Positions 49,051-63,873 of a stretch of 64,000 nucleotides of DNA are shown one piece after another. Positions within the stretch are counted from its first letter, which is position 1. The number at the start of each line of letters is the position of its first letter. The DNA is taken from the NCBI GenBank assembly GCA_951406725.2, contig OX597816.1, forward strand, positions 75,206,001 through 75,270,000, given 5' to 3'. Under the pieces are notes generated by a model that made no database searches, was not told where the DNA came from, and was given only the letters and a program-made list of their open reading frames with translations. Both the position numbers and the translations under genes were made by a program. Source of the DNA: Octopus vulgaris. Lineage: Eukaryota.

Positions 49051-50284
49051 GCATGTATGTGCACACACACACACATGGCTAATAGATACATGTGGTCCAC
49101 AATGCAAGTTACAACTCATTCAAAAATTATGTATTTTTCTCTGAAAGTGCTCAGTAAGAAATTAAAATTTAATTAGATCTAAGACAATAATATCTATCAA
49201 AAGGAAATAGAATGGAGAGAAAGAATCTCAAATATATCATACACATGCACGTGCATGCTCACACACACACACACACACACACACGTATTTACATGGTGGG
49301 CTGCATAGTTTCTCTATTGGTTTTGGATGGCAGGATGGCAAAAAATCAGTATGTCAAACAAAAATATTCACCATATCAAATTGTTTCAATTACCTCCCTT
49401 CACTACTATTTTTAATTTTTCTTTTGTCCTCTCAAGTGAATAAAAATAAGAACTACACAAAGAACTGGGAGCAACACAATCAAAGTTCTTGCTGGCAATG
49501 CTCCAACATTGCTGCAATCGAATGATTAAAACAAATAAAATATTAAAAGGATATATACATATATAATTATGTGTGTATAAGTGTGTGTGTTGTAAGTCCA
49601 TCTGTCACCTATTACCTTCAAATCACATACAACCAAATGGTGCTGTATAGCATGTACATCTTGTCTCAGTTACAGACCATCAGTTGACATGAAGCCATCC
49701 TCTGTATATTTAACATGCATATTATTTCCTTTCCAGCAGTGTGTATTACAAATTGATTAACCCTCTTTTCAATTACTTCTTCCAACACTGTCTCTCCTCC
49801 AATACTCCCTCTCTTAACCCCCTCACACCCAATCACTCAGTGTCTCACAACATACTCTCAGTCCCTTCATCCACTCACTTTTGTTCTTCTGTCATTGCTC
49901 TCACCCTTTTGATTACATTACCTTGAATGAACAGAGAGATTGTAGAATTGTAAAGACTCATTAGTTTTGTAGGGCTCGACACAACCTCATTGTGTAAAAT
50001 GCATGTCTTAAGAAGGGCATCCAACTGGAAAAAAAAAAAACATGTTAAAAATGGAATGAAAAAGTGTGATGTGGTCCTCTTACTGTTTTGTTGGATAGCA
50101 ACTTTGAATAAGGACTAACTCAGACACCTTGACAGTTCATCTACAACTCACACCAGTACAGAAAGTGTGACAACAGCAGCAATGGCAGTGGTTGTAATAG
50201 TAAAAATGGTGATGGTAATGGCAACAACATCAACAGCAGTGGTGGTGTCATTGATGATGATGATGATGATGATGATCTCCATTA

Positions 50285-51000
50285 GCAAGCCCAAAATTCC
50301 TTTTGCTTTTTCCATTCATCAAACTATATCTTGTACCCATATGAGATCACTTGAAATCCTTTCTACTCTTTTCAATATATCCAATCATGTCCCCTACTAC
50401 TACCAAAATTTCCTTGTCATTCATGTTTTCAATCAGCTTCTCTACTATATACAAAAACTTATCCTTCCCTTCAACACTTCAACTTCCCTTTCACCAAGAT
50501 CTTTCCAATCATCCTTTTCACCAGCATCAACCATTCACTCATATTAGTAAAACTTACTACATTGTCTACAAACCCTACCAAAATCAATACACAAAAATGA
50601 TGCATATCTTCAAACACCTTGTCACACAAACTTGTATTTCTGTCCCTACCTTCAGCCCACCATTCCTTTCCATCCCATCTTCCTCTTCCTTTCACACCTC
50701 TTCCTTTCCATCCCATCACCTGTGCACAACATATGTCCACTCTTCCTCTGATCAATGCTTCTACCATTTCCTCTGATCTCCCTATCAATTTCCTCATATT
50801 CCTTAATGGACATCAGGCATTTGGTTACCATAAATGGGCTGAATTACTCTCTTGCTTTCAATCAGATTCCCCATCTATAGTTCTAATGGGAGGTGACAAG
50901 GACCCTAACAAGATTCTTTGGGTGATACCTCACCCATGTATAATCATACTCCATGACAAAGTCTATCATTATATGTGCCTTCTTGAGGCACTGTTTTATG
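50285..51000 (-). mobile_element. Degenerate RTE apurinic-endonuclease (5') fragment
   Basis: LIGRSEEMVEALIRGRVDICCAQVMGWKG resembles the RTE endonuclease N-terminus (L.GRS.E.V.....R.VD.CC.QE..W.G). Confidence 0.65.
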
Positions 51001-51341
51001 GCTGAATGCTACAAATCTAAGGTCCAGAGGGCTCAAGGGCTCTTTTGTTTGAAGAGATAACAATCTTTTTAGAGCTGGTACTAAGATAACATAGACCTAG
51101 TACCCTCTATAAAGTGATTAATAATTGGAAGGTGATCCAGTCACAGAAACAATATCAAAAATGGCGTATACAATTGAAACATATGCTCTGAACCATCTAG
51201 TGGGGGCAGTAACTCCAAATATGAACTGAAGCAGACTGCACATGTAAAGCAGATGTAAATGATGAATAATGATAATGATGATATATAGTCACATGCATAC
51301 ACGCGCACATGCAAACACACACACACACACGTGTGTATATA

Positions 51342-52250
51342 TATAGGGTTATCCCATAAATAATGCAGTTTTTTCAGTTGCATGAACTAAAAGTCAGAGG
51401 GAGACGGTATAAACTACCTGCATCAACTTGTTATAAAAGCAGTTAGTAATTTTATCTTACACTTATTCTTAGTGCAAGTTTTGAAGAGTGCAGTTCAGTT
51501 TTAACAGTTATGTTTTCAAAACTATGATGGAAGTGACAAAAGAGCATATTCGCCATATATAGTTTTAGGAGTTCAATAAAGGCAACAATGCAATGGAAAA
51601 TGCGAAGAATATTAATGCAGTATATGGGGATCAGACAGTAAGCATAATCCAGTGTCAGCGATGGTTCCAGAGCAAGAAACTACAGCCTAGAATATGAGCC
51701 ATGTCTTGGAAGATGTGTAGAGCTCGATGAGGATGTCCTGCAAACCCTGGTGGAACAAAATCCCATCATAACTATTGAGGAACTAGCAGAGAAGCTTGGA
51801 TTTGGTCATTCAACTAGTCATTTAAGCCAGCACTAGAAGAAAAACGACAATCTTTGGTTTCAAGAGGGAGGGTGTTCTTCCATCAGGATAATGCTCAGCT
51901 ACATACAGCGAGGATGACATTCCAGAGGCTGGAGCAGTTTAAATGGGAAACGATGACCCACCCACCATATTCGCTGGACATTACTTCATCTGATTATTAT
52001 TTATTTTGCAGTCCTTTTGGACTGAAAAAATATGAATTTGTAAATGAGGTCAGAACAGTACTGGAGGAGTATTTTTCGTTATGGACAAGTGAATTTTGGA
52101 AGAGGGGCCTTGAAAGTCTACCAGATAGATGGAAGAGCATTGTAGAAAATGAAGGAGAGCATATTTTAGATTAAAAAAGATCTTTGTTTATCTTAATTTT
52201 GGAAAATAAAATAAGTATAAAAAGCACTTTATTTATAGGATGACCCAATA
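51342..52250 (+). mobile_element. Internally deleted mariner
   Basis: TIRs tatagggttatcccataaataa / ttatttataggatgacccaata. MMEVTKEHIRHI, FHQDNAQLHTA, HPPYSLDITSSDYYLF, LPDRWKSIVENEGEHILD. Confidence 0.9.
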
Positions 52251-54795
52251 TATATATATATATATATATATTTGTAAGAAAACATTTTCGAGATACTATC
52301 TTACTGATGTGTAATCTGAATTAGAATAAACAGTAAGAAATAACAGCAATAAATGAAGACAAATATATGAAGAGCAATGGATCTAAAGAACATTAATGGA
52401 ATCTAAAAATATAAACAAAAACTTAATTAAACAACTAGTTTGATATTGTTATATGGGACTAAAAACAAAAAAACATACTCTGTTGTTGGAATCAGCTGCC
52501 CAGTTGATATCAATGTGGTAAAACATAAGGAAGGAAGAAGACAACTGTGGATAGTTAACAAAGAATCTGCAAATTTTGTATCCAATTATTGCAGCTTTAT
52601 ATCCACAATCTCTTTTTTTTTTGGCAGGATATGTGAAGAGCTATCTGAGCCAAAGTATCATTGAATTTGTATTCTTGGAGAAAGAACATAAACTTTGCAG
52701 TTATATATGCTCCGAATGGTCACTGTTTCTCAGGCAATAAAAATCTGTAAGACCTTAAAATTGAAAGGGTAAATGGCTGTACAAAGGATATTGAAAACAA
52801 GACACTTGTTGTGGTGCACCTGAGCACTGTATACAATAATTTCATTATTATTATAACTTTGTTATAACTTTTCTTCACAACCATGTCATTGAGCAAATCA
52901 CTGGTCAAAATAAGCACAAAAAACTTTATCAAGAATAGAATAGAAAATTTTATCAAGAATAGAACAAATAGTTGTATTTATATGCATTCAATCATGAGTT
53001 TATTTGCTATGTATTGTTAGATAAATTAACTAAGAGAGATCATTCATATTTTTTTTAAAGATTACAATTATTTAAACAATTCTTCCCATGCAACATTGTG
53101 CCAGTATTTTCTAATCCATCATCAGGGCAATCTTTAAAAGCCCAGCAGACTATGCATCTCATCTTTTAGATCAATATTATTTTATCAGTGAAACATATGC
53201 AACTGGCTTGTTTCTCACAGAAATATATCAATTCTTAAATACAAAGCAAATAATTAAATTTGATAAGATTTATTTCTTTGTATATTTTCTTCATAAGCTT
53301 TGTCAAACAAAGACACAAGTGTTTTTATACAGGAGACAAAACTAAAGATTTATTTTTTTCTTCATGCTACTTCCAGTAATTTGAAAATTTACTGAGCCAA
53401 CTCTGTTATAATTATGAGTTGAGAAGATATTCAAGCTTCATTTCCAGGCTTCATTTTTCAGTTTAAAATTTCTAATTTATAAAAAACAAACACTTTTCAA
53501 AATTGAAATTTATAAACTGAAAGAAAATGTTGTTTTTTTTAAAACTGAAATCTAAATTTGAACAAACTTGAAATAAAGTTTAATAATAATAAAAAAGAAA
53601 TCTCAGAAATTGGAATTAGAATTTTGAATACTATTACATTTTGTATATGCTTTTGAGGCAGTATTTCTTTAAAACAGCCATCTCTATATCATACTTAAAG
53701 TGATACATAGATGATATGTTGATGGTTATTTTAGTTAAATACTGCCTGAATTGCAGATACAAGATTTTTAATCAGCCAAGCAACTGTTTGCAACATCAGT
53801 GAATGGTTTATTAATTTTTTTCTATATCAGAGATGATGAATTCTTATCCAAGCATGTGACTTACTGTGAGCACATGCCACTGAAAAGCTTCAGAAAGGCT
53901 GAGATGCATCTGGTGTCTTTGTTGGCCACTATTGGGCTGAATTTTCTTCTTTTTCTTATAGTTATTGGCTTTTATAACACAGCAAGGCCATAACAGATGT
54001 TATTGCAGAACAAATACTACAACTAGTCTTAATGTATTCACAGTGAGTATACAAAGATTACTACTACATTTTTTAAAAAGATTTGTTTTTGTTTTGTTTT
54101 GAAGTACAGAAACAGAAGAGGTAAAAACTGAAAAAAGTAACAGAATTGAAAAAAATGAAGAAATAAACTATAATTTTTTTTAAATTTCAAAACAGAAAAG
54201 AATAAAAGAAAATTTCATCCTGTATATAATGACTGGAACAAGTAAAAAAGTGTACATACAAACATACACACTCGAGCATACGTATACCCATTCATTCGTA
54301 CACACATACAAACACACACACACATGTACACCACATGCACACATCCATGCGTACATACACATGTACACGCATGTACACACACAAGCACTCTTATACACAC
54401 ACATGCATGCACTCGCACATGCACACACACCTATATGTTACTCTTTTACTTGTTACAGTCATTTGACTGCAGCCATGCTGGAGCACCACCTTTAGTCAAG
54501 CAAATCGACCCCAGGACTTATTCTTTGTAAGCCTAGTACTTATTCTATCGGTCTCTTTTGCTGAACCGCTAAGTTACAGGGACGTAAACACAAACACGCA
54601 AACATATATACACACATTTACGATTTCCTTGGTGTCTCCTCCTTCCCTTGATGTCCTAAGCATGTGCTTATTTTGCTTAATGGTTAATCCAGTGCTGGTC
54701 TCTTGATATCAAGGAAGGGGTCACAAACACACACATACATACATACATCGTGAATACATACATAAATATGTACATACATACATACACACATGCAT

Positions 54796-54834
<39 letters not shown>

Positions 54835-57540
54835 TACATACATATATGGTGTCATGCAACTGGCACCCATACTGGTGGCATGTAAAAGCACCCATTACAC
54901 ACTTGGACTGGTTGGTGTTAGGAAGGCCATTCAGCTTTAGAAACCATGCCAAATCAGACTGGAATCTGGTGCAGCCCTTACCTTACCAGCCCTGGTCAAA
55001 GCGTCCAACCCATGCAGCATTGACGAATGGATGCTAAATGATGATGATGATGATACACACACACATATATATAAATTTATGTATAAGCATGTGTGTGTGT
55101 GTGTGTGTGTATGATGTGCTCCTTTCAGTTTGCATCTACAAAATCCATTTTTAAAGCTTTGGTCAGCCTAGGGTTATAGTGAAAGACAGTTGCCCAAGGA
55201 GCCACACAATGGGTCCAAACCAGAAAACTCATGGCTGGGAAGCAAATTCCTCAGCTGCACAGAAATGCCTGCTCCTAATAAAAATGAGATGTAATAAAAA
55301 TAGAATCTCTACCTTAATTTAAAATTTGAAATTTCCAAAAGATATGATGATTGATAAATAAATAAACAAAGTAAAATATCCAACTACACCTGTTTATAGA
55401 GATAACATTTGAGTAATACTTTAGTAAGTAAATGTTAGGAGTAAAGGAGGGGATAACTATATTAGAAAGCAAGTGCGAGAGAACAAATAGAGAATGACTG
55501 AGTGAGAGAAAGAATATGAAGTAGTGGGAGAATAGAAATACAGAAAGTGAGATAGAAGGCAAGTAGAAGAGAAGAGGAGGAGAAGGAGAAATAATGAAAG
55601 TGAAAAGGGGAAATATTTGGTGTGAAAGAGAGGATGAGAGAGGGCAACTGAGAAATTATGAGTAATAGTGAGATATAGAATAAAAGAGAAAAAGAAATGA
55701 AAGAGAACAGAGTGAAGGTGGTAGTAATGTCAGAAAGAGTACAAAACTAAGCTAAAGCTGTGAGTCCAAATGAGAATATATGTTTTATTTAATCACTCAG
55801 CAATTCTATTTTCCAATGTACAATCCTGCACATTTTTTACTGTTTTGTTCTTTATTATTTTTGAAAACATGATGAAATTTATGCTTTGCTGAGGAGGTCA
55901 GAATAAGATAAAAACATATCTTGTGTTAACTTTCATACCTGCCGAGAGAAAAAAGAGAAAAGTATTAAACATTGATTAAAAGTGTATGTTTTTCTTCAAG
56001 CATATTAATTTGTAGTCATCCTTTTAATGTCAGGGACAGAGCGAAGGAAGTGGGGATGGCTTGAGAGGCACATGCTCCCCTCAAGAAAAGAAGTGTGCCC
56101 TTCTAAATAATTTTATTATGCCCTTTTCTCCTGGAATTGTATTCCCCTCTGACCTTGTACCCTCCCTTTAAAAAATTCCTGAACGTCTTATGTATAAAAT
56201 ATGATGACACTGAGTTAAATCTATTTTTTATGTGTCTAGTGATCACTAAAAAAATACAAGTTTTCTTATTGAGTGAACCAAATAACCTGGTTGTTTTCCT
56301 TACTGCTAACAAAATTTGTCATTATTTGTTAAAAAAAAGGTCAAGACCCTCTTTGATCATGAATAACCATGGGATTGCACCGAAAAAGTTACTAGGGAAG
56401 ACCAGCAGTCGCCCATGCATACCAGCCTCCCCTCACTACACCACTGATGTTATCCAAGGGAAAAGCATAGGCCGATGTAGCTTCGCATCAGTAATGTCAC
56501 AACTCATTTCTACAGCTGAGTGAACTGGAGCAATGTGAAATGAAGTGTCTTGCTCAAGAACACAGCATTCAGCCTGATTCAGGGATCGAATTCACTACCT
56601 CATGATTGAGCCCTATGCTCTAACCACTGAGCCAAAGAAACATCAACTAACAAGGGATATTAAGGAAAAAATGGAGAGAAGGATAAAGGAAAAAGGTGCA
56701 AAACCAGGAGATAGGGAGAGAAAGTAGAGAAATGGAAACTGAACGACTAAAGGAAGAATGGATAGAAAGTAAGATAAGAATGGTGAGAGAGTAAAGAGAG
56801 GAATGTTGAGAAAGAATGAGACAGACAGAAAGTGAGAGATGCATGGTAAAAAGCAATTAGGGGCAGTGAGGTGTGGTGAATACTCAAGCAAGGAAGAGAG
56901 AGATTTATGTAATCTGTGGAGATTTAGATAATCGGTAAATGAGAAAATATATTCTGTAAAATTTTCTTATGGAAATTCTTATAGTAATACTTGCAAAATA
57001 AATACTACGAATATAGTATAATTATTGAATATAATTAATGGTTGTTTTGTGTGTGTGTGAATGTTGTTTAGACTTCTTAATCCACATGAAAAATGTTGAA
57101 CCAAAAATGGTAATGTTTGTTGACATTCTCTTGTTTGACAAATCTTAAAATGTCTTCTTTTTAAATTTATATATTTTAATTACTTTTTATGTACATACAT
57201 ACATATATATATTATTTACATTTAAATCTTAATTATATTTTAAAATCATGTCTTACTTTTTTTTTGTATGCATGAATAAGCTACTCCACATTGAACCCTG
57301 GAGTGATATTTGATCACTTTTTTGAGTGTTTGGGTGTTGGTTTGGTGTCTGGAGTGGGATAGCTTACCTCATGGGCAGGTAGAAGTTCTTTAACCTTGGT
57401 TGGTAATCTATCTAGGAGAAGGAAATCTCCAAAATAAAACCTGAGGCCTTGGAAGTTTCTGGTTTTATCAATATATCCCTTGTTAGTTGATGTTTCTTTG
57501 GCTCAGTGGTTAGAGCATAGGGTTCAATCATGAGGTAGTG

Positions 57541-57734
57541 AAATCGATCCACATCAATGGAATTTGTAGTTTGTGGTACCAGTGCCGGTGGCACATAAGA
57601 GAACCATCCGAACGTGGCCGTAGCCAGATCTGACTGGCCTGGTGCAGCCTTTGGGCTTCCCAGACCCCAGTTGAACCGTCCAACCCATGCTAGCATGGAA
57701 AGCGGACGTTAAACGATGATGATAATGATGATGA

Positions 57735-57737
<3 letters not shown>
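57541..57737 (+). mobile_element. Short RTE 3' tail
   Basis: Reverse-complement match to both ends of 12270-12735 with an internal deletion. (ATG)n tail. Confidence 0.85.
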
Positions 57738-57778
<41 letters not shown>

Positions 57779-59346
57779 ATCACGTGACCGACCAGACCAT
57801 CAGATGTTGTTACACATTGCTGGTCACAATGCGTTCGCATTGTTTTAGCCTTCGAATGACGCCACCCTGCTGGCTATGCGAGCAGGCCAACAGAAGAAAG
57901 AGTAGGAGAAAGTGTGGTGAAAGAGTACACCAGGGATCACCACCCCCTGCCGGAGCCTTGTGGAGCCCTAACCACTGGGCCATTGTGCCTCCATATATAT
58001 ATATATATATATAGATAGATAGATAGATATAGATATAGATATATAGATATATACTCAACATGCAGGAATTGTATATATATATGTATACTCAACATGCAGG
58101 AATTGAACACATTATCTGTATATCTATAGCTACCTCTGACGAGATTCAACTTTAAAATGATTTTTAATTTCATCAATTAATTTTCTGAAGGTCTAGAATT
58201 GAAACAGCTGTCAGAGATGTTGTCAATTTTTTAATTAACAAATAATTTGTTAATTATCTATTTTCATATATATATATATATATATCTACTACATATGTGG
58301 AAAATCAGTGTGTGTTTGTTTGTGGCATTGTTAGCTAACTCCTACTCGTTTTATTGATTTTGATGAAACTTGACATGTGAGTAGACCTCCTCTCTGGAAA
58401 CCTTGTGACATTCTTAGAGTGTTGAAAAATCGATAGTACGGCCTCTGAAAGGGACCTATATAACTACCTCATATAACTTTATTTTTTGCACCTGTACAAT
58501 ATTTTTTTTAAACATTCAAAGGAAATAACCCATGTCATTGTTTATGTTCAATTACTTTGAATATTGATTTTTTTGCATGTCCTATTTCTAATTTTTACAG
58601 ACAATATTACTTTTATATTTTATTTGACACATAAGTAGAACTCGTGTTAGGAAACCTTGTGACATACTGTTGAAAAAAATCATGACATATTGTTGAAAAA
58701 AATCGATAATAGGGCCCTTCCAATGGATCCTTCTATCTACTACATATTTCTAATATTTCATCTAAACAACCCAAGGGAAATAACCTATACCACCAGCAGA
58801 TTTTAGCAAAGCAATCAATATTTGAGTCCAACAATCAGCCAACCTAATTCTGCATTTCACCACTCACAGTTTTGAAGTGCTAAACATTATTATTTCACTT
58901 CCTTAATTTGAATCTTAAACATTAAAGACTTCATTCATACATTTCTATACATACATACTTTTTTGAATGCCCATTACTCCGATAATTCTGCATTTTTACA
59001 GTTACACTTTTTCCATGACAGTAGATAAATTTTAAATTCCACAACGTATTTGTTGTGCCTTCATGCAGGCATAGCATGGATTCAATGATCGATTGCCAAA
59101 TTTCACTTAACACTTCAACAGCACTTAAACAGTAAAACAATAGTTTTTCTCTGAATGACAGCAGTTATACATTTCCCAGATGCCTTCACTAAGCAGAATG
59201 ATGTCTTTGCCTCTCGCCAACCTCCAACAATCTCTCCCTCCTCCAGCTGACAGTTTTTTGTACATTTTCATGACCTTTTGTGGTAGTTATAACGAAATTG
59301 CTTTCTTATGTCAGAGTAATAAGGCATTTTAATAGTACACCAGCTA

Positions 59347-59402
<56 letters not shown>

Positions 59403-59559
59403 GCAGGCAAACAGACAGGCAGAGACAGACAAACAAAGACAGATAGATACATACATCCTACATGCATACATAGATATGTGTGTAAGCATATGTTGAAGGA
59501 AATTCATAATGCAACAAGAATACAAAATAGTGAATAGGACAGATCTAAAGCTTAGATTT

Positions 59560-60330
59560 GTCATATCTGGTCCAGCATATTCAACTCATTGAGTAAGCAA
59601 CTTTATTGAAATTATTTTGAAACCACAGTGCACTTTCATACCAAGTTTCATTCAGGATGGTATTGATTTCTTGCCCTATCTACCCAAAACAACAGAATCA
59701 AAATTGCTATTGATTAGCTTTGATATAGCAAACTTCTACACAAATATTCCACACAATTTAGGAATAACACCAATCAGATATTGCATTGAAAAACACAGAG
59801 GTTATTCCCAGTAGATTTTCTCTGGACTTCATATCAGACATATATCTTAGTCTAGAGAATAATACATTCTTTGTCAATGGGAAAAATTATCTGCAGATAA
59901 GAGGTACTTCCATGGGAATCAAATTTGCTCAAGTTATATGAACTCAGTAATAGCTATTTGGAACTAAAACTGTACAAAAAAGCAGAGAACAACTATGTTA
60001 ATGATTCTAGAAGATATACAGAGAGCATGTGGAAAACATTTCTTTTGACAATTGTTTGAGATTTGGAGAACTTATACCAAGCTCTGATACTTACAAAGGA
60101 AATGAGTGCCACAAAATTACCATTTCTCAACATAATAATAATTTAAAATGACACCAATGTCCAAACAGTTATATATTATAATAACACAGACATGTATCAA
60201 TACCTGAGCTTCAAAATATTCCACCCAACATATATAAAACATAACATTCCATACTGTCTTGCCAGGAAAATTTTTACTTTTGTTGATGATGTAAATATCA
60301 GAGAAGAACAACTCCAGGGTATTTTTTTTA
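59560..60330 (+). mobile_element. Penelope-like element reverse transcriptase remnant
   Basis: ILKPQCTFIPSFIQDGIDFL..L...LISFDIANFYTNIPHNLGI, LENNTF..NGKNYLQIRGTSMGIKFA: PLE RT motifs with frameshifts. Confidence 0.8.
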
Positions 60331-60503
60331 CCCAGATAGTAAATGGTAAACAAGAGTGAAGGGTGGTCAATGAGGGATGGTAAGGAAGAATAGGTGTCGA
60401 CTGGTAGTGCAGAGAGTGAAGAGCAGCAGAAAAGTAATAATGCAGTGGACAGAGGAAAGACCAGAAAAATGGAGATGATGAGAGAATATGTAAATCACAG
60501 GAA

Positions 60504-60588
<85 letters not shown>

Positions 60589-60759
60589 TGTGTGTGTGTG
60601 TGTCTTCCTATTGTCTTAACAGAGATTACACATGGTAATATAGGCAAGATGTTGGCTTCAGTTGTTCAATCAGTTGTCATTGTGTGAAGTTTGAATGCAT
60701 TAGCAACAGCAGGAATTACATAGGAACAACCATTTTTGGTGATGGTGACATGATGAACA

Positions 60760-61395
60760 TGAATAGACTGTAATCTAAAAGAATAGCAGAAGTTATACCA
60801 CTTTGCCCTTGTGCGTGGATCTGCTAGGCTTAGCATTGTATATACATGTTATCAGTAACCAGAAGCTTGAAGTTCATTAACAGGGCATACCTCTGGTGGC
60901 AAGAATAAGATAAAAATAGATCATTCTTCCTATTGATGGATACTACAGGATGGTGGCATATGTGTTGTTTTTCACGGAAGGAGAGCTGGAAATTATGAAC
61001 ACCAGGTGAATAAGAAGGGTCTCTGTCAAGGAATGTTGGTGAAGTCATTTTGATGATTCCAATGTCTCCAGATAAAGCAGTAGAAGGGAGCCTGAGTTTT
61101 CTTTATCCCTACCTGAAGGAGTGCATGTGTTATGAGTTATTGACTTTTATGTACATGTAATATCGTATAATAAAAATTGTGATTTGCCAGTGGCTCAGTG
61201 GACAATACACTTTGAGCAGCAGTATCCTTCCAATAAGCAGTTAATAGATTTTGGAAGTTACAAGTTAGAGTGTGAGTGGGAGCTGTATAGGTGTGTGCTT
61301 GCATCTATTGTAACATGCAACATTTGAAGTGACATCTAAATATGAGTAGCTAATTTTGATATTATGATGATTAAAGAGCTTACAATATATCTGGG
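60760..61395 (-). mobile_element. Penelope-like C-terminal remnant
   Basis: KLFNHHNIKISYSY resembles the PLE K.FN...K.SYSC motif. The rest is decayed. Confidence 0.45.
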
Positions 61396-61398
61396 TTT

Positions 61399-61613
61399 TA
61401 AGGTGGAGAGCTGGCAGAATTGTTAGCTTGTTGGGCATAGTGCTTAGTGTCATTTCATCCAGCTTTATGTTCTGAGTTCAAATTCTGCCAAGGTCGACTT
61501 TACCTTTCATTCTCTCAGGGTCAATAAAATAAGTACCAGTTGATCACTGGGCTTGATGTAATTGACTTACCCACTCCTCTGAAATTGCTGGGCTTGTGCC
61601 AAAGTGTGAAACC
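61399..61613 (+). mobile_element. Meta-domain-like SINE with TSD
   Basis: aaggtggagagctggcagaattgttagc...gagttcaaattctgccaaggtcgactttacctttcat. Flanked by aatatatctgggtt (61384) / aatatttctgggtt (61614). Confidence 0.8.
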
Positions 61614-63678
61614 AATATTTCTGGGTTCTTGGGAAATGCATTTTAGTTAGCATCAAGAAGCTCCTAGCCATATTAGAGTTCTAAAAACTTCTAGAGAATT
61701 AAACCTGATTATTCTTCTTTTTCTCTCTCTCTCTCTTCAGCTTCAGAATAGGCTTCTCAAAACGTACAAGAAAAACTTGATTATGTATTTTTAATTCTCA
61801 TAAAAGTTTGCTGAACATAAAAGCTTAAGATGACAATGTAACAACCATGAGAGAAAGAATGAAATTTAACCAGTGATATGTCTAGAGTGCTTAATACCAA
61901 AATGCTAGCTATACAGGCAATATATTATGAAAAGTAAATGAAATACAATGTTTAATACTAATAACTGTACTGTATGTCTTTATTCATTTTTCATTCACAC
62001 ACACATGCATGTACACATACACATGCATGTGTGCACACACACACATACACACACACACACACAGAGGCATGGTAATGTATATACCATCAGCATCATCATT
62101 TTACATCTGCACCAGTATCATCATCTTACATACTGATATGAGTTGCACATTGCATATTCAGTGTTGTTATTCTTTAAGATGGGTTAAAGGACCATGTCTC
62201 ACTCATACATTCCATTTGTTTGGTAAGTATTGGACACCCTTTCTAACACCAGCCACTTTACAGAGTGTAGTGGGTGTGTTTTATCATTGCACCAACACTA
62301 GAGAGGTTTGCTTGTACCTTGTACTCTGCACGACAGAAAGAGTTATCATTGTCTTATGTTGTCTCTGTTCATTTAAAGCAATTTGACCAAGTGGGTGAAT
62401 AAAAGAGAGAATGATGACAAACATTGAACTAGAGTGAGAGGGTGAGAGAGGCAAAAATATGGCGGAAGAAATATGAATTAGGTTAAAAGGTAGTAGAAGA
62501 GAGAGTAATGGAGAAGACTGTACCAGAGAGAATATGGAAGCGGTGAGTGACTGCAGTTATAGCAGGGTGTAATGGGAGAGACACAATGATGGCAACTGTA
62601 TAATTGCTGATAAAAGAGAGAACGAGTGAGGAATAGTCATAGAGATAAATGATGGTATAAGTAGAATAATGGATATCAGTAAAGAGTGTCCTGGAAGAAA
62701 AAGAGTCATGGCTAACATGAAGATGGAGTGTATGGAAATGAACAGATCCAATGCAGTCTTTCCCTCTTATAGATTGTGTTGGCAGATATGATTATTTGTT
62801 CAAGCCCCACTACTGCCATTCCTATCTCTCCACTCCCACTCTCTCTCTCCTTTTTCCCTCCCTCCATCATGCTACATGGAGCAAGAGTGATAGGCATGGT
62901 GAGGGGAGATAAATTACTGGTAGATATATTGGTGTCTCGCATTTTATAAGCTGTATGGTTCAGTGAATAGGAAAAAAGGTGAACTGAGAGAGGGTGAGTG
63001 ACAGAGGGGTGAAAAGATATCAAAAAAGATTGGAGAGGTAGCAGATGGGGGCTTAGCATGTACATAATGGCTGAAAGAATCAAATCTAGATATATACATT
63101 ACAATGTCTGTGTGTGCATATAAGTGTATGTACAATGTATAAAAGTGCATGTGCTCCTATATATATGCTGTGCCTCAAGAAGGAGCTAACAATGGACTGT
63201 GATGGCTGATGTTAAGCAATGCTGGATAAGACTTAGTCAGTCAAGCAAGTATGGCAAAGCAAACATTAAAATTGTGGTGTTTTATTTTGCCAGGCTTTCA
63301 TGGGTTGCTGAATTTTATCAAGCATTGCGTATTGATAATTGTCACTGCATTTATCAACACACACACACACACGCACACACACACACACTCAAACACACAC
63401 ACATCTATCAACACATATATGCATGCACCTATGTACCATACATGCATCCATATACCATCATCATCATCATCATCATCGTCATTACCATTGTCATCATCAT
63501 CACCATCATCAATTACTGTTCACTTTTCAATGCTTGCATGGGTCATAAATAGTATACATATATATATATATATGTGTGGATGTACTATTAAATTATTATC
63601 TAGTATATTCCCGGTTATGGCATATATATATGTGTGTGTAAATAGATATAGAGATATATATACATACATACTTACAAG

Positions 63679-63734
<56 letters not shown>

Positions 63735-63814
63735 CACACACACATACATGCATGAATATATATATGTATGTATTATATTGTCGACTAATGTATTCCAGGT
63801 TATGGTGAATATAC

Positions 63815-63873
<59 letters not shown>

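Noticed and set aside
55290-56950. Purine-rich tracts giving F/L/S-rich minus-strand ORFs (also at 28.1-28.6 and 62.4-63.1 kb)
   Set aside because: Compositional bias of degenerate GA-rich repeat sequence, not membrane proteins.
61710-61795. Strong + strand acceptor-like tract (also at about 41740 and 43957)
   Set aside because: Followed by short frames with no recognisable protein, and I could not link them into a gene model.
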